64,000 bases of DNA, taken from the IMG/VR virus record IMGVR_UViG_3300007352_000013, positions 1 to 64,000 of that record. The stretch is one strand, 5' to 3'. Below are positions 62,161 to 64,000 of the stretch, in pieces. This DNA comes from a virus. The position numbers and the translations under genes were made by a program. Position 1 is the first letter of the stretch, and every line of letters starts with the position of its first letter. The notes under the pieces are model-generated. The model made no database searches. It worked only from the letters and a program-made list of their open reading frames with translations, and was not told the origin of the DNA.

Positions 62161-62598
62161 ATGAATAAGATTATATGTTCTTTATTACTTATGTTTATTT
62201 CTATGAATATTATCGGATGTAATTCTACTAAAAAAGTAATTGTTCAAGCAGCTACAACATATGTTGTAGAAAATAGCCCAGAACAAATATCTGTTGTGGT
62301 TAAACAGATAGTTAAAATAGCAATAAGAGAAACAGAACCCTCTAAAGAAGAAATAGCGAAAACTATAGAATTCGTTAATGAGTGTAAGACAATAGCAAAT
62401 GATCCAAAAGAATATACAATCAATAAGCTAAAAGAACTTGCACAAAAACTACCAGACAATAAATCAAAACTTGTTGCCCTAGCATTTATAGATTTTGCAG
62501 AAAGATATGTTAATGTAATAGATAAAAGTCCAAATGCTCGCAAAATAATGATAATCGTATGCGATGCAGCGCTGGAGGTTTTAAACAATGAAAAATAA
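62161..62598 (+). CDS. Probable lipoprotein
   Basis: MNKIICSLLLMFISMNIIG-C lipobox-like signal. Confidence 0.55.
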   Translation: MNKIICSLLLMFISMNIIGCNSTKKVIVQAATTYVVENSPEQISVVVKQIVKIAIRETEPSKEEIAKTIEFVNECKTIANDPKEYTINKLKELAQKLPDNKSKLVALAFIDFAERYVNVIDKSPNARKIMIIVCDAALEVLNNEK

Positions 62599-63394
62599 AT
62601 TTCTTTCACTATATTTAAGTATTTCTTGTGTTGTTTTAATACCTGTTTTGTCTGTAGTTTTAATGCATGATTTAAACAAACCAGTTGCAAAAAATGTTTC
62701 AAAAACAAATATGGAATTACAGAAAGAACAATTAATTTCTACTACAGTAAGAATATTTACGAGTAATAAAATATATGGATCTGGAACGATAATCAAAAAA
62801 GAAAATATTTCATCTGATGATTTATATACATATTATATTTTAACAGCTAAACATATTACATCAGATAGATTTGTGTTTGGTGATTTAAAAGTTAACAGTA
62901 TAACCGGAGAAATATCTCGCGAAACAAAACAACAAAATTTTAATATAGTTACTTTTAAGGAAGACGGAAGTATAGAGAATACTTATGAAGCAGAATTCTT
63001 AAACGAAACCGATGATGATTATTTAGATTGTGGATTATTAATTTTTAATTCAAAAAATGTTTATCCAGTAGCTAATCTAGCAACGAATGAAATTTTAAAT
63101 AATATAAAAATTTTAACAGAAGTATATGCTGTTGGATGTGCATTAAAGCATTCACCAATTATAACAACCGGAATTATTTCAGAATTTAATGAAGAAAATA
63201 ACTATATTCTTTCAACAGCAAATATTGCATTTGGATCTAGTGGAGGTGGTTTATTTATAAAACTAGAAGATAAATATTATTTAATAGGAATATTATTTCA
63301 AATAGAAGGTTATCGTGATTATCTATTTAGCTTCCTATCACGTTCATGTCCAATTAAATCTTTGGATTGTTTTCTAATAGAAAATGGAATTTAA
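62588..63394 (+). CDS. Membrane-anchored trypsin-like serine protease
   Basis: N-terminal TM segment; GSGTII, ILTAKHI (His), LDCGLL (Asp), FGSSGGGLF (Ser). Confidence 0.85.
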   Translation: MKNKFLSLYLSISCVVLIPVLSVVLMHDLNKPVAKNVSKTNMELQKEQLISTTVRIFTSNKIYGSGTIIKKENISSDDLYTYYILTAKHITSDRFVFGDLKVNSITGEISRETKQQNFNIVTFKEDGSIENTYEAEFLNETDDDYLDCGLLIFNSKNVYPVANLATNEILNNIKILTEVYAVGCALKHSPIITTGIISEFNEENNYILSTANIAFGSSGGGLFIKLEDKYYLIGILFQIEGYRDYLFSFLSRSCPIKSLDCFLIENGI

Positions 63395-63407
63395 GGTATA
63401 ATATAGT

Positions 63408-63920
63408 ATGGAAAGAATTTCATGGGATGACTATTTCATGGTCATGGCATTTTGGGTATCTAGGCGTAGCCCGGACGAAAGTACGAAATGCGGTTGCGTA
63501 TTAGTGAATAAGAATAATCAAATAGTTGGATTAGGATATAATGGTTATCCAAGAAAAGTAGACGAAACAAAAATGCCAAAGACACGTCCAGAAAAATATC
63601 CGCCCATTTTACATAGCGAAGAAAATGCTATACTTAATTGTTCTTCTAATTTAGAAGGAGCAACGGCATATATAACTGGCCCGCCATGTACCCATTGTTG
63701 GGCGCATATAATCCAAAAAGGAATTAAAAGAGTAGTGTACGGACCAATTACAACATCTAAGAATGGTATTTATGCTGATATCAGAACAGATTCGTTTCCA
63801 GATGTAGTTTGTAATATGTTAGATGGTCAAAATATTGAAATAGTCAGATGGGATTCTAACAATAAAAAATTTCTATCTGATGAAATTGATTTAGTTAAAA
63901 ATTTCTTAGGAAATTATTAA
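63408..63920 (+). CDS. dCMP deaminase
   Basis: WDDYFM, RRSPDESTKCG, GYNG, HSEENA, PPCTHC, IIQKGIKRVVY. Confidence 0.9.
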   Translation: MERISWDDYFMVMAFWVSRRSPDESTKCGCVLVNKNNQIVGLGYNGYPRKVDETKMPKTRPEKYPPILHSEENAILNCSSNLEGATAYITGPPCTHCWAHIIQKGIKRVVYGPITTSKNGIYADIRTDSFPDVVCNMLDGQNIEIVRWDSNNKKFLSDEIDLVKNFLGNY

Positions 63921-64000
63921 ATGACATTAGAGAAATATGAACCGAAAGGTTTTGCTCTACAAATATTTAAAGATAGATATGCTATTAGTGAAAATGAATC
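63921..64000 (+). CDS. Partial ORF, possibly the N-terminus of a ribonucleotide reductase large subunit
   Basis: MTLEKYEPKGFALQIFKDRYAISENES; the IFKDRYA pattern and position after dCMP deaminase fit an RNR; truncated by the window. Confidence 0.4.
   Translation, partial: MTLEKYEPKGFALQIFKDRYAISENE

Noticed and set aside
15386-62708. Many minus-strand ORFs in the track (e.g. 15386..15775, 22912..23343, 25670..26092, 31859..32188, 62244..62708) and 41367..41945 on +
   Set aside because: They are antisense shadows of well-supported genes, with no RBS or motifs
1-64000. Stop-codon reassignment (as in some large phages)
   Set aside because: Long genes are intact in the standard code, all three stops end genes, and no suppressor tRNA is present
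1-64000. CRISPR array or Cas genes
   Set aside because: No regularly spaced direct repeats with unique spacers and no Cas motifs seen

Overview
A 64-kb segment of a large AT-rich dsDNA bacteriophage genome in the standard genetic code. Nearly all genes lie on the + strand. No capsid, terminase, tail or integrase genes are recognisable. The left third (~0.9-21 kb) is a dense early/accessory array of 60-120 aa ORFs with five dispersed tRNA genes (Glu-UUC, Leu-CAA, Lys-UUU, Ile-UAU, Arg-UCU) and a Prs-like + Nampt-like pair that matches the NARP1 NAD-reconstitution architecture. The most striking element is a phage-encoded four-gene ubiquitin-like conjugation cassette at 24.2-27.2 kb. Its order is Ubl (ending VKG-ELN), E2/UBC-like fused to about 17 CxxC/H zinc motifs, JAB/JAMM peptidase, and ThiF/E1. 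This is the gene order of the bacterial anti-phage BilABCD system, here in the virus. Downstream (31.7-40.5 kb) lies a dispersed Ycf46-like AAA+ ATPase / DUF1257 / DUF2997 module that could act on tagged proteins. The window also carries an unusually complete RNA-repair kit: P-loop kinase, phosphoesterase-Rnl1 fusion, DRB0094-type ligase, cREC receiver, RlaP-like NTase and R2K-type ATP-grasp. Other genes include a protease-less BrxL-like ATPase with a degenerate Walker A, a NADAR-like protein, a Dam-like methyltransferase, an ATP-dependent DNA ligase, nucleotide metabolism genes (ThyX, two deaminases, IMPDH/GMPR, 5'-nucleotidase, probable RNR start), peptide deformylase, a sigma factor, three HNH endonucleases and a collagen-like surface protein. 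There are also two dispersed microprotein families and several unassigned structured non-coding elements. All family calls come from motif recognition by eye; no database searches were run.
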